From NCBI GenBank assembly GCA_965199495.1, contig CBDASK010000003.1, positions 1,088,001 to 1,152,000 of the forward strand: a stretch of 64,000 nucleotides of DNA. The letters run 5' to 3'. The notes beneath the pieces were generated by a model. It made no database searches, was not told the origin of the DNA, and worked only from the letters and a program-made list of their open reading frames with translations. How positions within the stretch are numbered: position 1 is the stretch's first letter; each line of letters starts with the position of its first letter. Made by a program: the position numbers and the translations under genes. The stretch is from Abditibacterium sp. Its GTDB lineage: Bacteria > Armatimonadota > Abditibacteriia > Abditibacteriales > Abditibacteriaceae. This document shows positions 8,133 through 18,000 of the stretch, piece by piece.

Positions 8133-11100
8133 TACTGCGCGTCCAGCCCCAAGCGCGCGCGTTGCGCGGCGGTCGAAAGCGCGATGACGGCGATGTCGAA
8201 CTGCGACATTTCGCGGCCATAATTTTGGGTTTGAATCGCGTCGGCGGCAGTCTGCATTTCCGCCGCGCGTCCGGCGTCTACGGCGGCCATGCCTTTGATT
8301 AAATTGGAAAGCTGACTATAATCCGAGAAACCTCCATCGTCTTTGTTGATGCGGGCGGCGGGCAAGCGCCAATCCCATTCGCGCTCGACTAAAACGCGGC
8401 TTTGCGCGGCATCGTAGGGCGCATGATAATACGCCCACATTCCAATTGAATGCGGCGAAAACGACGTGTTTTCGCGTTTGGGCAACGCTTTTTTCTTGGC
8501 GTCGGCGAACAATTCGTCGCCCAACTTTGGATTGACCAGCGCGCCAATGGCGGCGGCTTGCGCGAAGTATTCGACGTTGCCGATATTGGCTTTCATCACC
8601 AAGCGCAACGCTTTTTCGGCGACATCGGCGTTGCCCGCGCTTTGCGCGCCGCTCGCGACTTGAAGCATCGCGCGCGCCTGGGTGAACTCGTCTTTGATTT
8701 GCCCGGCCAACTCCAACGCCCCACTCGGATCGGTCGGCGCGAGGGTGCGCGCCAGAGCTTGCCGCACGTAATCCAGACGGCGCGGCGAAGTTTCCCAGTT
8801 GTTCGGGCTGTCGCCCTTGATAATTTCGGGGTCACGCGCCAACGTTTCCAAGCGGACTAAGGCCGCGCGCGCGCCGGTAAAATCGCCCGCGCCCGCCATT
8901 TCGGGCGCGACATCCGCCCACAACTTGAACTCGTCGGTGACGGCCCGTCCCTCGGCCATGTTCTTGACGGCATCCAATCCCAAAGCCGCCAACGGTTTGG
9001 CCCAGCCTTGCGTTTGGCCGCGCGCGCCGCCGCCCAACTGAGCAGCCACGGCGGCGCCATAATCGAGCCACTGCGCGCTATCTTCGCGCTTCAACTTCTG
9101 CGCGACCGCCGCCATTTGTAACAGTTGCGTCACGCTACGCGCGTTGATTTCGTGCTTGGCCTGCTTTTGCTCGTCCAACCATGCGTTGGCGTCGGTGCGC
9201 TGTCCCGCATCGTCCCCTGCCGCGCGCAAAAGATTGGTTTGCGCCTCCAAATCCTCGCGCGCTTCGTCGGTGGACTTGCCCAATAATTCGGGCGCGCGTT
9301 GGAGCAATTGCGCCGGATCGCGGCGCGCCAGTTCGGCACCGAACATCACCATAACTTCGGGCGACGGTTCGCCGTTGCGCCGGATATATTTCTCGATGTT
9401 TTCAGCGCCCAATACGTCCCAGGCGCCAAATAATCTGTCGGTTGGGACGCTGCCTTTGAACGTCAACAATTGCTCCAGCGCCCGCGCTTTGTCGGCATCC
9501 GAAGCGATGGCGGTGGGTGAATTTTGCAGTTGCAACGTCAAACCGGTTTGGTCGCTCCCCGCGCTTTGTTTCGTCCAATCGCTGCCGCGCGCGGCCAATA
9601 GAGTGAATTTGTCCAATGGCACGTCGGCCAAACTGAAAGTGCCGTCGGCGCCGGTTTGGATAGGCTCGAAATCGCGCGCCTCGACGATGGCGACCCACGC
9701 GCCGGGCGCGGGCTTACCATCGGCGCCGTTGACGCGCCCGGCGAAAATGGCGCCGCGTTTTTTGGCGACTAAACCCGAAATCGTGGCGATGCTATCGGCG
9801 ACTTTCACTTCGGCTTTGCCGCTGATTAGATAAGCCGGATTCTCGGCGCTTTCGATTTGGACGCCGACGACGCGCCCGTTTCTGGCGTTCACGTCCAAGA
9901 CAAACGCGCCCTCTTTGTCGGTCGTGGCCGTCGCGTTGAAATAGGAACCGCCGCCTTCAAACATTAGGCGCGCCTTGACCGTGACGCCAGAGACGCCCTG
10001 ATTCTGCGCGTCCAAAACGCGCCCGCGCGCGCTTTTGATGGCGGGCAAAACCGGCGTCAAACGCTTGACGACGACTTCGATGGGCTTGAACTCCTTACCG
10101 AATTCGGGCAACATCACGTTGCGCGGCGAAACGATTTGCCAATCTTGGCCCGAACTATTGATATTGACATTATAAGAACCGGCGCCCAGCACTTTCGAGG
10201 CGAAGTTGCCGTTCGCGTCCACGCTGACAAAATCATAATTGCCGTTGCGCGAAAAGCTCAAGCCCGGCGCGCGCACATCCGCCGTGGCTGCATCAGCGCC
10301 CTCGATGCGCACCGAACCCGTGATGGCGTTGCCGCGCTCCAACGCGATGGTGCCCAAATCGAGCGTTTCGTCTTTGGTATCGAAGAGCGCGGGCGGAAAA
10401 TCGTGGTCAACGTAATTCGCGTTGGCGATTTTGGGCCGGTCGAATCCACTGATGCGCGCCTGCGACAAAATCCGCGCGCGCAGTTCGCCGTCCTCGCTCG
10501 TGGTGCTGTCCACATCGCCATATCCGATGCGGAAACGCGCGTCGGGCAGGGGTAATTTAGTATCGGCGCCGATCACGCGCGCCTTAATCAGCAGACCGCG
10601 TTGCGCCTTGATTTCGCCAACATCGGCTGTTTTGCCGACTTCGACCTGCGCGCGCGCTTTGTTATCGAACAGGTATTGCGGCAACTCCTTTTTCTTGCTG
10701 CGCTCAAACAACATTTCGCCCATGTAAAGAATGCTGCGTCCCGGCGCCACACCATTGAGCGTGAAGCGCCCCGCCGCATCGGTCTTCGTCTGGACATCGG
10801 AACCGAAACCAGCGCGCACCGTTTCGCCCTCAATCGGTTTGCCGTCGGGATCGAGCACAACGCCGGTCACGGTGCCGCCGGGCTTGAGGTAAATCGGCGT
10901 GGCGTCGCCTTCGCCAATCGAAAGCGACACGCGCTGGCTGACGTAATTCGGCGCGCTCACCGTCACATCGGCGCGCCCCTGCGTCGGCACGCCCGCGAAA
11001 GTCCAACGTCCGTTGGCATCGGTCGTGGCGACGTTGTCTTTGACCGAAATAAACGCGCCCAACAGTTCGTCATCGGCAGCTTTGGGTTCTTCGAGCGCTG

Positions 11101-11518
11101 GGCTGACGTTGCCCAGCGTGACTTTGGCGCCCGCGAGCGGCTTTTGGTTTTCATCGAAAACAACGCCGCTCCAAGCGCGCGTCGCGCGCAATTGAATCGT
11201 GGTCTGGCCTTTTTGGATGACCTGAAACTGCGGCGCCAAACCCGGCGCTTCGACGCGCACGCGCAAAAACGGCTTTTGACCGAGGGGCCGTTTGTCGGCG
11301 AAATCGCCGTCCCAATCCCATGTAAAAACACCAGCCACGCCGGTCTGCTCGGTCGCGGCGGGCATCTCGTCATAAATAAAAGTCGTCTCGAACGAGCTGA
11401 GTTTGGCGCCCGGCAACGGCTTGTTATCGGGGCCGACGATTTTCACCGTAACGGGCACGGCAAAAGCGGGAGTAACGGCGCAGGCGAGCGCGAGACAAAG
11501 CAAAAAGGTGAGTTTCAT
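8129..11518 (-). CDS. Large secreted protein with carboxypeptidase-regulatory-like beta-sandwich repeats and a helical C-terminus
   Basis: Signal peptide; repeated G.V.D..GKP..GA.V and TD..GRF motifs; 1129 aa. Confidence 0.8.
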   Translation of the reverse strand: MKLTFLLCLALACAVTPAFAVPVTVKIVGPDNKPLPGAKLSSFETTFIYDEMPAATEQTGVAGVFTWDWDGDFADKRPLGQKPFLRVRVEAPGLAPQFQVIQKGQTTIQLRATRAWSGVVFDENQKPLAGAKVTLGNVSPALEEPKAADDELLGAFISVKDNVATTDANGRWTFAGVPTQGRADVTVSAPNYVSQRVSLSIGEGDATPIYLKPGGTVTGVVLDPDGKPIEGETVRAGFGSDVQTKTDAAGRFTLNGVAPGRSILYMGEMLFERSKKKELPQYLFDNKARAQVEVGKTADVGEIKAQRGLLIKARVIGADTKLPLPDARFRIGYGDVDSTTSEDGELRARILSQARISGFDRPKIANANYVDHDFPPALFDTKDETLDLGTIALERGNAITGSVRIEGADAATADVRAPGLSFSRNGNYDFVSVDANGNFASKVLGAGSYNVNINSSGQDWQIVSPRNVMLPEFGKEFKPIEVVVKRLTPVLPAIKSARGRVLDAQNQGVSGVTVKARLMFEGGGSYFNATATTDKEGAFVLDVNARNGRVVGVQIESAENPAYLISGKAEVKVADSIATISGLVAKKRGAIFAGRVNGADGKPAPGAWVAIVEARDFEPIQTGADGTFSLADVPLDKFTLLAARGSDWTKQSAGSDQTGLTLQLQNSPTAIASDADKARALEQLLTFKGSVPTDRLFGAWDVLGAENIEKYIRRNGEPSPEVMVMFGAELARRDPAQLLQRAPELLGKSTDEAREDLEAQTNLLRAAGDDAGQRTDANAWLDEQKQAKHEINARSVTQLLQMAAVAQKLKREDSAQWLDYGAAVAAQLGGGARGQTQGWAKPLAALGLDAVKNMAEGRAVTDEFKLWADVAPEMAGAGDFTGARAALVRLETLARDPEIIKGDSPNNWETSPRRLDYVRQALARTLAPTDPSGALELAGQIKDEFTQARAMLQVASGAQSAGNADVAEKALRLVMKANIGNVEYFAQAAAIGALVNPKLGDELFADAKKKALPKRENTSFSPHSIGMWAYYHAPYDAAQSRVLVEREWDWRLPAARINKDDGGFSDYSQLSNLIKGMAAVDAGRAAEMQTAADAIQTQNYGREMSQFDIAVIALSTAAQRARLGLDAQY

Positions 11519-11611
11519 AGGCGAATAACTGGGATTAGAAAACGTGCCCAGTTTATCTTTTTGGACAGCACGAAACTAATTTTTCGCCACGGGGAGAATT
11601 GCGCGCAATTC

Positions 11612-11914
11612 TCAATGTTTTTTGCGCGTCGCCAGATATTTTTGCAACTCTTGCAGCGAGCCGGGCGCGGCGGTGACTTCGCCAGCTTTGGGGTTCGGGT
11701 TCTTTTTGTAGGCGCACGCGATACAAAACGGCACCAGCTTTTTGTTTTGCTTCATGGCGCGCTGGCCCGATAGCGAAATCCAGATCGAGGATTTGCATTC
11801 GCGACATTTGTCCCAGATGCTGCCCTTCAAAACATCGGGCGCATCTTCGGTGCGTGCGCAGATCAGAATGTCCATTTCTTCGTTATCTTTCGGCGATTTT
11901 TGTTTTTTGTCCAT
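11612..11914 (-). CDS. Small hypothetical protein with two CxxC motifs (putative Zn ribbon)
   Basis: CREC and CIAC; gagga RBS upstream. Confidence 0.65.
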   Translation of the reverse strand: MDKKQKSPKDNEEMDILICARTEDAPDVLKGSIWDKCRECKSSIWISLSGQRAMKQNKKLVPFCIACAYKKNPNPKAGEVTAAPGSLQELQKYLATRKKH

Positions 11915-12053
11915 TGTTTGTCCTCGATTCTCGCAGCAGTTTATTCGCGAAACCGCCGCCGTGGCTGCTTGTGGGCACCGTTTTATTCAGAAAATGGCGT
12001 GCGAAGTTTGATAACCTTATCTGGCATCCATTTCCCGGAGAAACCTAAATATT

Positions 12054-13232
12054 ATGGCCAAGAAAAAAGCGGGCATCGCCCTCATCGGATACGCCTTTAT
12101 GGGCAAAACGCACTCGAACGCGTATCGTCAAGTCACCAAGTTTTTCGATCCCGATGTCGAACCCGAAATGAAAGTTTTAGTCGGTCGCAACGAAGAAAAC
12201 GTCCAACGCGCCGCCCAAAACTTGGGCTGGCAGGAATACGAAACCGATTGGCGTAAAGCGATTGAACGCCCCGACATCGACATCGTGGACATCGCCACGC
12301 CCGGCAAAGAGCATATGCCGATGGCCATCGCCGCCGCGCAGGCCGGAAAAACCGTGTTTTGCGAGAAACCACTGGGCAACGATTTCGAGCAAGCCCAACA
12401 AATGATGGACGCCGCCGAGCAAGCAAAAGTCGTCAATATGGTTTGCTTCAACTATCGCCGCGTCCCAGCGATTGCTCTGGCCAAACGCATGATCGAAAAC
12501 GGTGATTTGGGCCGCATCTACCATTTCCGCGCGCGCTATCTGCAAGACTGGATCGCCGACCCGAATTTTCCCCTCGTGTGGCGTTTGCAAAAAGAGATCG
12601 CCGGAAGCGGCACGCTGGGCGACATCGGCGCACATATTCTCGATTTATCCACGTTTTTAGTCGGCCCACTCAGTTCACTTTGCGGCATGACCGAAACCTT
12701 CGTCAAAGAACGCCCCTTGCAAGCAGCCACGACGGGCGACGAAGGTTTAACCGCCAAAGCCAGTCAAGAAATGGGCGAAGTGACCGTTGACGACGCGGCG
12801 GCGTTTATGACGCGTTTCCAAAACGGCGCGATGGGCGTTTTCGAGGCGACGCGCTTCGCGCCCGGTCGCCGCAACTTCAACACCTTCGAGATCAACGGCG
12901 AAAAAGGCTCGATTTCGTTCAACTTTGAAAGAATGAACGAACTCGAATATTTCAACACCGCCGACCCAACCGACCGCCAGGGTTTTCGCACTATCAACGT
13001 CAACGAAAACGATCAGCCCTACGCCGGAACGTATTGGCCCGCCGGTCATATTATCGGCTACGAGCATACCTTCATCAACACGGTTTACGATCTGTTGCAG
13101 GGCCACGCGAAAGGCGAATCGCCGCATCCGACGTTTCGCGATGGCGCCTATAATAATCTGGTTTTGGGCACGATTGAGAAATCGGAAGCCTCGAAAAAGT
13201 GGGAAGAGATTCCCGATTTCCAGTTGTCGTAA
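12054..13232 (+). CDS. Gfo/Idh/MocA family oxidoreductase
   Basis: IGYAFMGKTH, FCEKPL, NYRRVPA and GDIGAH motifs. Confidence 0.95.
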   Translation: MAKKKAGIALIGYAFMGKTHSNAYRQVTKFFDPDVEPEMKVLVGRNEENVQRAAQNLGWQEYETDWRKAIERPDIDIVDIATPGKEHMPMAIAAAQAGKTVFCEKPLGNDFEQAQQMMDAAEQAKVVNMVCFNYRRVPAIALAKRMIENGDLGRIYHFRARYLQDWIADPNFPLVWRLQKEIAGSGTLGDIGAHILDLSTFLVGPLSSLCGMTETFVKERPLQAATTGDEGLTAKASQEMGEVTVDDAAAFMTRFQNGAMGVFEATRFAPGRRNFNTFEINGEKGSISFNFERMNELEYFNTADPTDRQGFRTINVNENDQPYAGTYWPAGHIIGYEHTFINTVYDLLQGHAKGESPHPTFRDGAYNNLVLGTIEKSEASKKWEEIPDFQLS

Positions 13233-13241
13233 CGCGAACAA

Positions 13242-13278
13242 CCGCCCCGCGATTTTACTGCGGGGCAGTTTTGTTTTG
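13242..13278 (+). terminator. Probable intrinsic terminator
   Basis: ccgccccgcg...tgcggggcag stem followed by a T-rich tract, just after the oxidoreductase stop. Confidence 0.65.
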
Positions 13279-13307
13279 CGAGTTCAATTATTTAACTTAT
13301 TTGCGCC

Positions 13308-13682
13308 ATGACACAACAAAAACTGGAGGCGCAATGGGACGAATTGGCCCATCTGAGTCTGTGGGAGCATCTTCGGCGCGACCGTTCTTTCTATCTCCTT
13401 CATATCGGAGCTTTTCTATTCTTTGTTGCGCTCTGGCTCGCGACCAGAAGCTCTTTTTACGTGGGCATGGCCGTTTTCGGCATCGGGCCGATTTCCCGAT
13501 TATTGTTCACCATCTTCTACCGCTGGTTCTGGAAATTGAAGCAGGGACGGAAGCTAATGATTTCTCTCAGCCAGGGTTTAACGCCTTCGATGGTTGGACT
13601 CATCATGCTGGCTGTGGTGATTTCCGTTGTCTTGCTCTTCACCGTCGGCGTGAATTTAGTGGTCAAGAGTGGCAAAATTTGA
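13308..13682 (+). CDS. Hypothetical membrane protein
   Basis: About three hydrophobic segments in 124 aa. Confidence 0.6.
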   Translation: MTQQKLEAQWDELAHLSLWEHLRRDRSFYLLHIGAFLFFVALWLATRSSFYVGMAVFGIGPISRLLFTIFYRWFWKLKQGRKLMISLSQGLTPSMVGLIMLAVVISVVLLFTVGVNLVVKSGKI

Positions 13683-13769
13683 ATGTTTGCCACTGCGCAA
13701 TCAATATTGTGGGCGACCCGAATTCGCAACAGACTCTATTTCATATTGATGAGCGTTAAACTCAATCGC

Positions 13770-14006
13770 ATGAACCCATTCAACGCCGCCGCAATGCCAA
13801 CTTCTGCCATCGAATCTTCGCCCGACGTTTTGGGTGGCACGCCCGTTTTCGCCGGAACGCGCGTGCCCATCGCTAACTTAACCGATTACCTCGAAGCGGG
13901 TGATAGTCTGGATGAGTTCTTGTCCGATTTTCCTTCGGTGACGCGCGAGCAGGCGATTGCTGTTTTAGAGCGGGCAAAAGAGGCCTTGTTTGCAACTTTC
14001 AATTGA
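13770..14006 (+). CDS. DUF433 family putative antitoxin
   Basis: PDVLGGTPVFAGTRVPI...DFPSVTREQ; start uncertain (13770 or 13794). Confidence 0.9.
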   Translation: MNPFNAAAMPTSAIESSPDVLGGTPVFAGTRVPIANLTDYLEAGDSLDEFLSDFPSVTREQAIAVLERAKEALFATFN

Positions 14007-14346
14007 CCTTCCGCGCGTGCTGTTGGACGAATGTTTGCCGCGCAAACTCAAATGGGAATTCGCAGATTGCACGGTCTCGACAGTGCCTGAAATGGGTTGG
14101 TCGGGCACCAAAAACGGCGCATTGATGAAGTTGGCGCAGGGACAATTCGAGATTTTCGTGACCGCCGATCAGAATCTGAAATTTCAGCAGAATTTAGCTT
14201 ATGCCGAAATCGCGGTCATCGTTTTGGTGGCGCCAAACAATCGTATCGAAAGCCTGTTGCCGTTAATGGCGCAAGTCAACGCGCTTTTAGGTTCAATTGC
14301 GGCAGGTCAAGTCGTGGAAGTTGAAGCGGCTGGCGAAACCGCTTAG
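13990..14346 (+). CDS. DUF5615 PIN-like putative toxin
   Basis: VLLDECLP, MGWSGTKNG.L and FVTADQNL motifs; overlaps DUF433. Confidence 0.85.
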   Translation: MQLSIDLPRVLLDECLPRKLKWEFADCTVSTVPEMGWSGTKNGALMKLAQGQFEIFVTADQNLKFQQNLAYAEIAVIVLVAPNNRIESLLPLMAQVNALLGSIAAGQVVEVEAAGETA

Positions 14347-14512
14347 GCGAGATGCCTCATCTCATTCGGTGCGCTCGCCCGATGCAGCCACGGCGCATTG
14401 GATGGCGCCTCTCATTTCATTTGTAAAATCGTTGTGCGCGGGCGCGTGGCTGGTCTACCGTATCGCTGCGGAAATAGTAAGATTAATTGAAGGAGTGTCG
14501 CGGGAATAAACA

Positions 14513-15019
14513 ATGATGCCAAATGAACAAGATTTTATTGGTGGAGACGGCGGCCCAATGATTGTATTGCAATTCAAGGCTACGGCGCAGTGGCAAGGCG
14601 CGGGCGCGACGAAAGAAGACTTCGAGAATAGTTTGATGATGGGTGGATATATCGAAACAGATTATGACGTGATTTGTAACAGCACAGAGCGCGTCATATC
14701 TCGCTACGAACGAGATATGTTGGTTTTGGAAGATAGCGGATGGGGCGCCTTTCTCTTTGTCAACGAGACCGGACAAATTGTTGTCGCCCAATTATTTAGC
14801 GGCGATTTGTCAGAGCATTTGGAGCAGATGAATCAAATGGAGCCGTCAAGCTCTTATTCCTTCGATGTCAAAGATACGAACTTACGACTCTTAGTTGGCG
14901 CCGAGGATGGCACCGGAGAGATTTATGGCTTCAAAGATGTGCCCATCAAACCGGGCCAGAAGCGATGCGATATTTACTCTAACGCCGACTTCTTCATTGC
15001 AACAATCGCTCAAAATTAA
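14513..15019 (+). CDS. Putative Imm21-like immunity protein
   Basis: N-terminal GGDGGPMIVL...W.G...TDYDVIC pattern resembles Imm21. Confidence 0.5.
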   Translation: MMPNEQDFIGGDGGPMIVLQFKATAQWQGAGATKEDFENSLMMGGYIETDYDVICNSTERVISRYERDMLVLEDSGWGAFLFVNETGQIVVAQLFSGDLSEHLEQMNQMEPSSSYSFDVKDTNLRLLVGAEDGTGEIYGFKDVPIKPGQKRCDIYSNADFFIATIAQN

Positions 15020-15036
15020 CGTTGCCGTGAAACACA

Positions 15037-15073
15037 AAAGCGCCCCGCGAATTCACATTCGCGAGGCGCTTTT
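15037..15073. terminator. Bidirectional intrinsic terminator
   Basis: aaaagcgccccgcgaat-tcac-attcgcgaggcgctttt between convergent genes. Confidence 0.8.
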
Positions 15074-15076
15074 CAT

Positions 15077-18000
15077 TTACGAACCTGCCGGAGTCGGTGC
15101 CGGTGGCTCTTCGGGCGTCGCCGCCTTCAAACCGACCGGTTCGCGGCCCGCGTAATCCGAAACTTTCACCGTCGCATCGCCCGGCTTCACTTCGGGTCGC
15201 GGGCGCGCGGCGCGTTTTTCGGTCGTGGGCGCCGCCGCTTTTTCCGGGTGCGGCACGGCTTTCCAGAAATTGGGCAGTTCGGCTTCCCAATTTTCGATCA
15301 GCGATTGCGGGTGCGCCGAACCGGTTTCATTGAGATGGCGCTCGATTAATTTCTTCAACGTCGCGGCGTCTTCGCTGCCCTGTTCGATGCGTTCGATGCC
15401 GATCATATCGGGGTTGTAGCGACGCTCGAAGGTTTGGCTCGCATCGTAAATGTAGGCCGTGCCGCCGCTCATGCCCGCGCCGAAGTTGCGACCGCAACTG
15501 CCCAAAACGACAATCGTGCCGCCGGTCATGTATTCGCAGCCGTGATCGCCGATGCCCTCGACAACAGCCACGCCGCCCGAATTGCGAACTGCGAAACGTT
15601 CGCCGCCCTGACCCGCCGCGAACAAAACGCCGCCCGTCGCGCCATACATCACCGTGTTGCCGACGATGACGTTTTTGCTCCAATTGAACTTGGCGTCATT
15701 TTGCGGCTTGACCACGATTTTGCCGCCGTGCATACATTTGCCGACGTAATCCAACGCTTCGCCGGTCAGATACAAGTTCAAACCGTTGATGCAAAACGCG
15801 CCGAAACTCTGGCCCGCCGTGCCGGTGAAGTTGAGCGTCATCGAGCCTTTTTGCAGACCTTTATCGCCGTAGTTATAGGCAATTTCGCCCGCGATGCGCC
15901 CGCCGACAGTGCGGTTGATGTTGGTAATTGGATAGTGCAACACCAAGTCCGAGCCGTGCGAAATCGCGTCGCGCCCGTCCTGCAAAATCGTGTCGTCGAG
16001 CGGCCACTCTTCGGGCCGGTCGTTTTTGCCCACGACCGAATAACGCGGCGAAGTGTCGCGCTCCTCGAACTGGAAGAACAGGCGCGACAAATCCACATCC
16101 GAAGTCTTGGGCAGTTCCATTTCCTCGTTTTGATAGAGCAAGTCCGAGCGCCCGATAATATCGGTCAGATAGCGCGCGCCCATCTGGGCCAGCAGTTCGC
16201 GGACTTCGTTGGCGATAAAAGTAAAGAAATTGACGACGTGATCGGCGTCGCCGGGGAATTTGGCGCGTAGGGTTTCGTCCTGCGTTGCCACGCCGACCGG
16301 ACACGTATTCAAGTGACACTGCCGCGCCATCACGCAACCGACCGACATCAGCGCCGCCGTGCCAAACCCGTATTCTTCGGCGCCCAAAAGCGCCGCAAAA
16401 ATCACGTCGCGCCCGGTTTTGTAGCCGCCATCCGAATGCAAACGCACGCGTCCGCGCAGGCCGTTTTGAATCAAAACCTGCTGCGTCTCGGCCAATCCCA
16501 ACTCCCACGAAACGCCGGTATTTTTGATACTTCCGGTCGGCGAAGCGCCGGTTCCGCCGTCGTGTCCGGCGATGACAATCGTATCGGCGTAGGCTTTGGC
16601 CACGCCCGCCGCGACGGTGCCGACGCCCGCCTGCGAAACCAATTTGACCGAAACGCGGGCGCGCGGATTGACCATTTTGAGATCGTAAATCAGTTGCGCC
16701 AAATCTTCGATGGAATAAATATCGTGGTGCGGCGGCGGCGAAATCAGCGTCACGCCCGGCACGCTGTGGCGAATAAACGCGATTTCGGCGTTGACCTTGA
16801 AGCCGGGCAATTGGCCGCCTTCGCCGGGTTTGGCGCCCTGCGCCATTTTGATTTGCAACTCTTTGGCGCTGGCCAGATATTCCGGCGTCAGGCCGAAGCG
16901 GCCCGATGCGATTTGCTTAATCGCCGAGTTGCGCCAGTCGTTGTTCTCGTCGCGCCGGAAGCGGCGCGGGTCTTCGCCGCCCTCGCCCGAATTCGATTTG
17001 CCGCCGATGCGGTTCATCGCAATCGCGAGTGTTTCGTGCGCCTCGCTACTCAGGCTGCCGTGCGACATCGCCGCGCTGCAAAAGCGCTTGAAAATCGCTT
17101 CAATCGGCTCGACTTCATCAATGGGAATCGGCTCGCCCAGTGTCTTATATTCGAGCAAGTCGCGCAAAACAATCGGCTTTTCGCGCTGATTAATCGCGGC
17201 GCTATAAATCTTGAACTGCTCTTCGTAGAGATTGTCGCGCACCGCCTTGTGGAACGGCTTGAACCAACTGGGAGTAAACGCGTGCAATTCGCCGTCTTTG
17301 CGAAAGCGCAGATAGGCGAAGTTTTCCAACTTCTCCTTGCCCGTGGCTGCTTCGTCATGGGGATAAGCCGTCTCGTGCAGACGCAAAACGTCGCGCGCGA
17401 TTTCCTCGAATCCGACGCCGTGAATGCGCGTCGGCGTCTTGCTGAAACATTCGTCCACCACGATTTTATTGACGCCCAACGCCTCGAAAACCTGCGCGCC
17501 ATGATACGAAGCGACCGTCGAAATGCCCATCTTCGACATGATTTTGAGCAAGCCGCTTTCGATGGCCTTTTTGAAGTTGCCGACGGCTTTAGCCACGGCG
17601 TCGGGGTCGGCCTCGCTCTGCGCGGTTTCGAGCGCCAGATACGGATTGACCGCCGCCGCGCCGTAACCGATCAAACAGGCGAAATGATGCGAATCGCGCG
17701 GCTCGCCGCTTTCGGCGATGATCGAGCAACGCGTGCGCAAGCCCGCGCGAATCAGATGATGGTGAACCGCGCCGACCGCGAGCAACGCCGGAATAGGCGC
17801 GGTGTCTTTGTTCACGCCCCGATCCGAAATAATCAGAATCGTGGCGCCCATGCGCACGGCGGCTTCAGCGTCCCGCTGCATCTGCTGAAGCGCCGCGAAC
17901 ATGCCGCGCTCGCCCTCGTGAACCGAAAATATCGAACGCACCGTCGCGGTTTTGAAGGTGTCACCCCATTTTTCGTCGCCCGCGCGCAATGCCGCCAACT

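Noticed and set aside
10601..11773. 390-aa plus-strand ORF, and similar long antisense ORFs at 22302-23321, 23678-24829, 44948-45811 and 51574-52329
   Set aside because: Each overlaps a well-supported gene on the opposite strand
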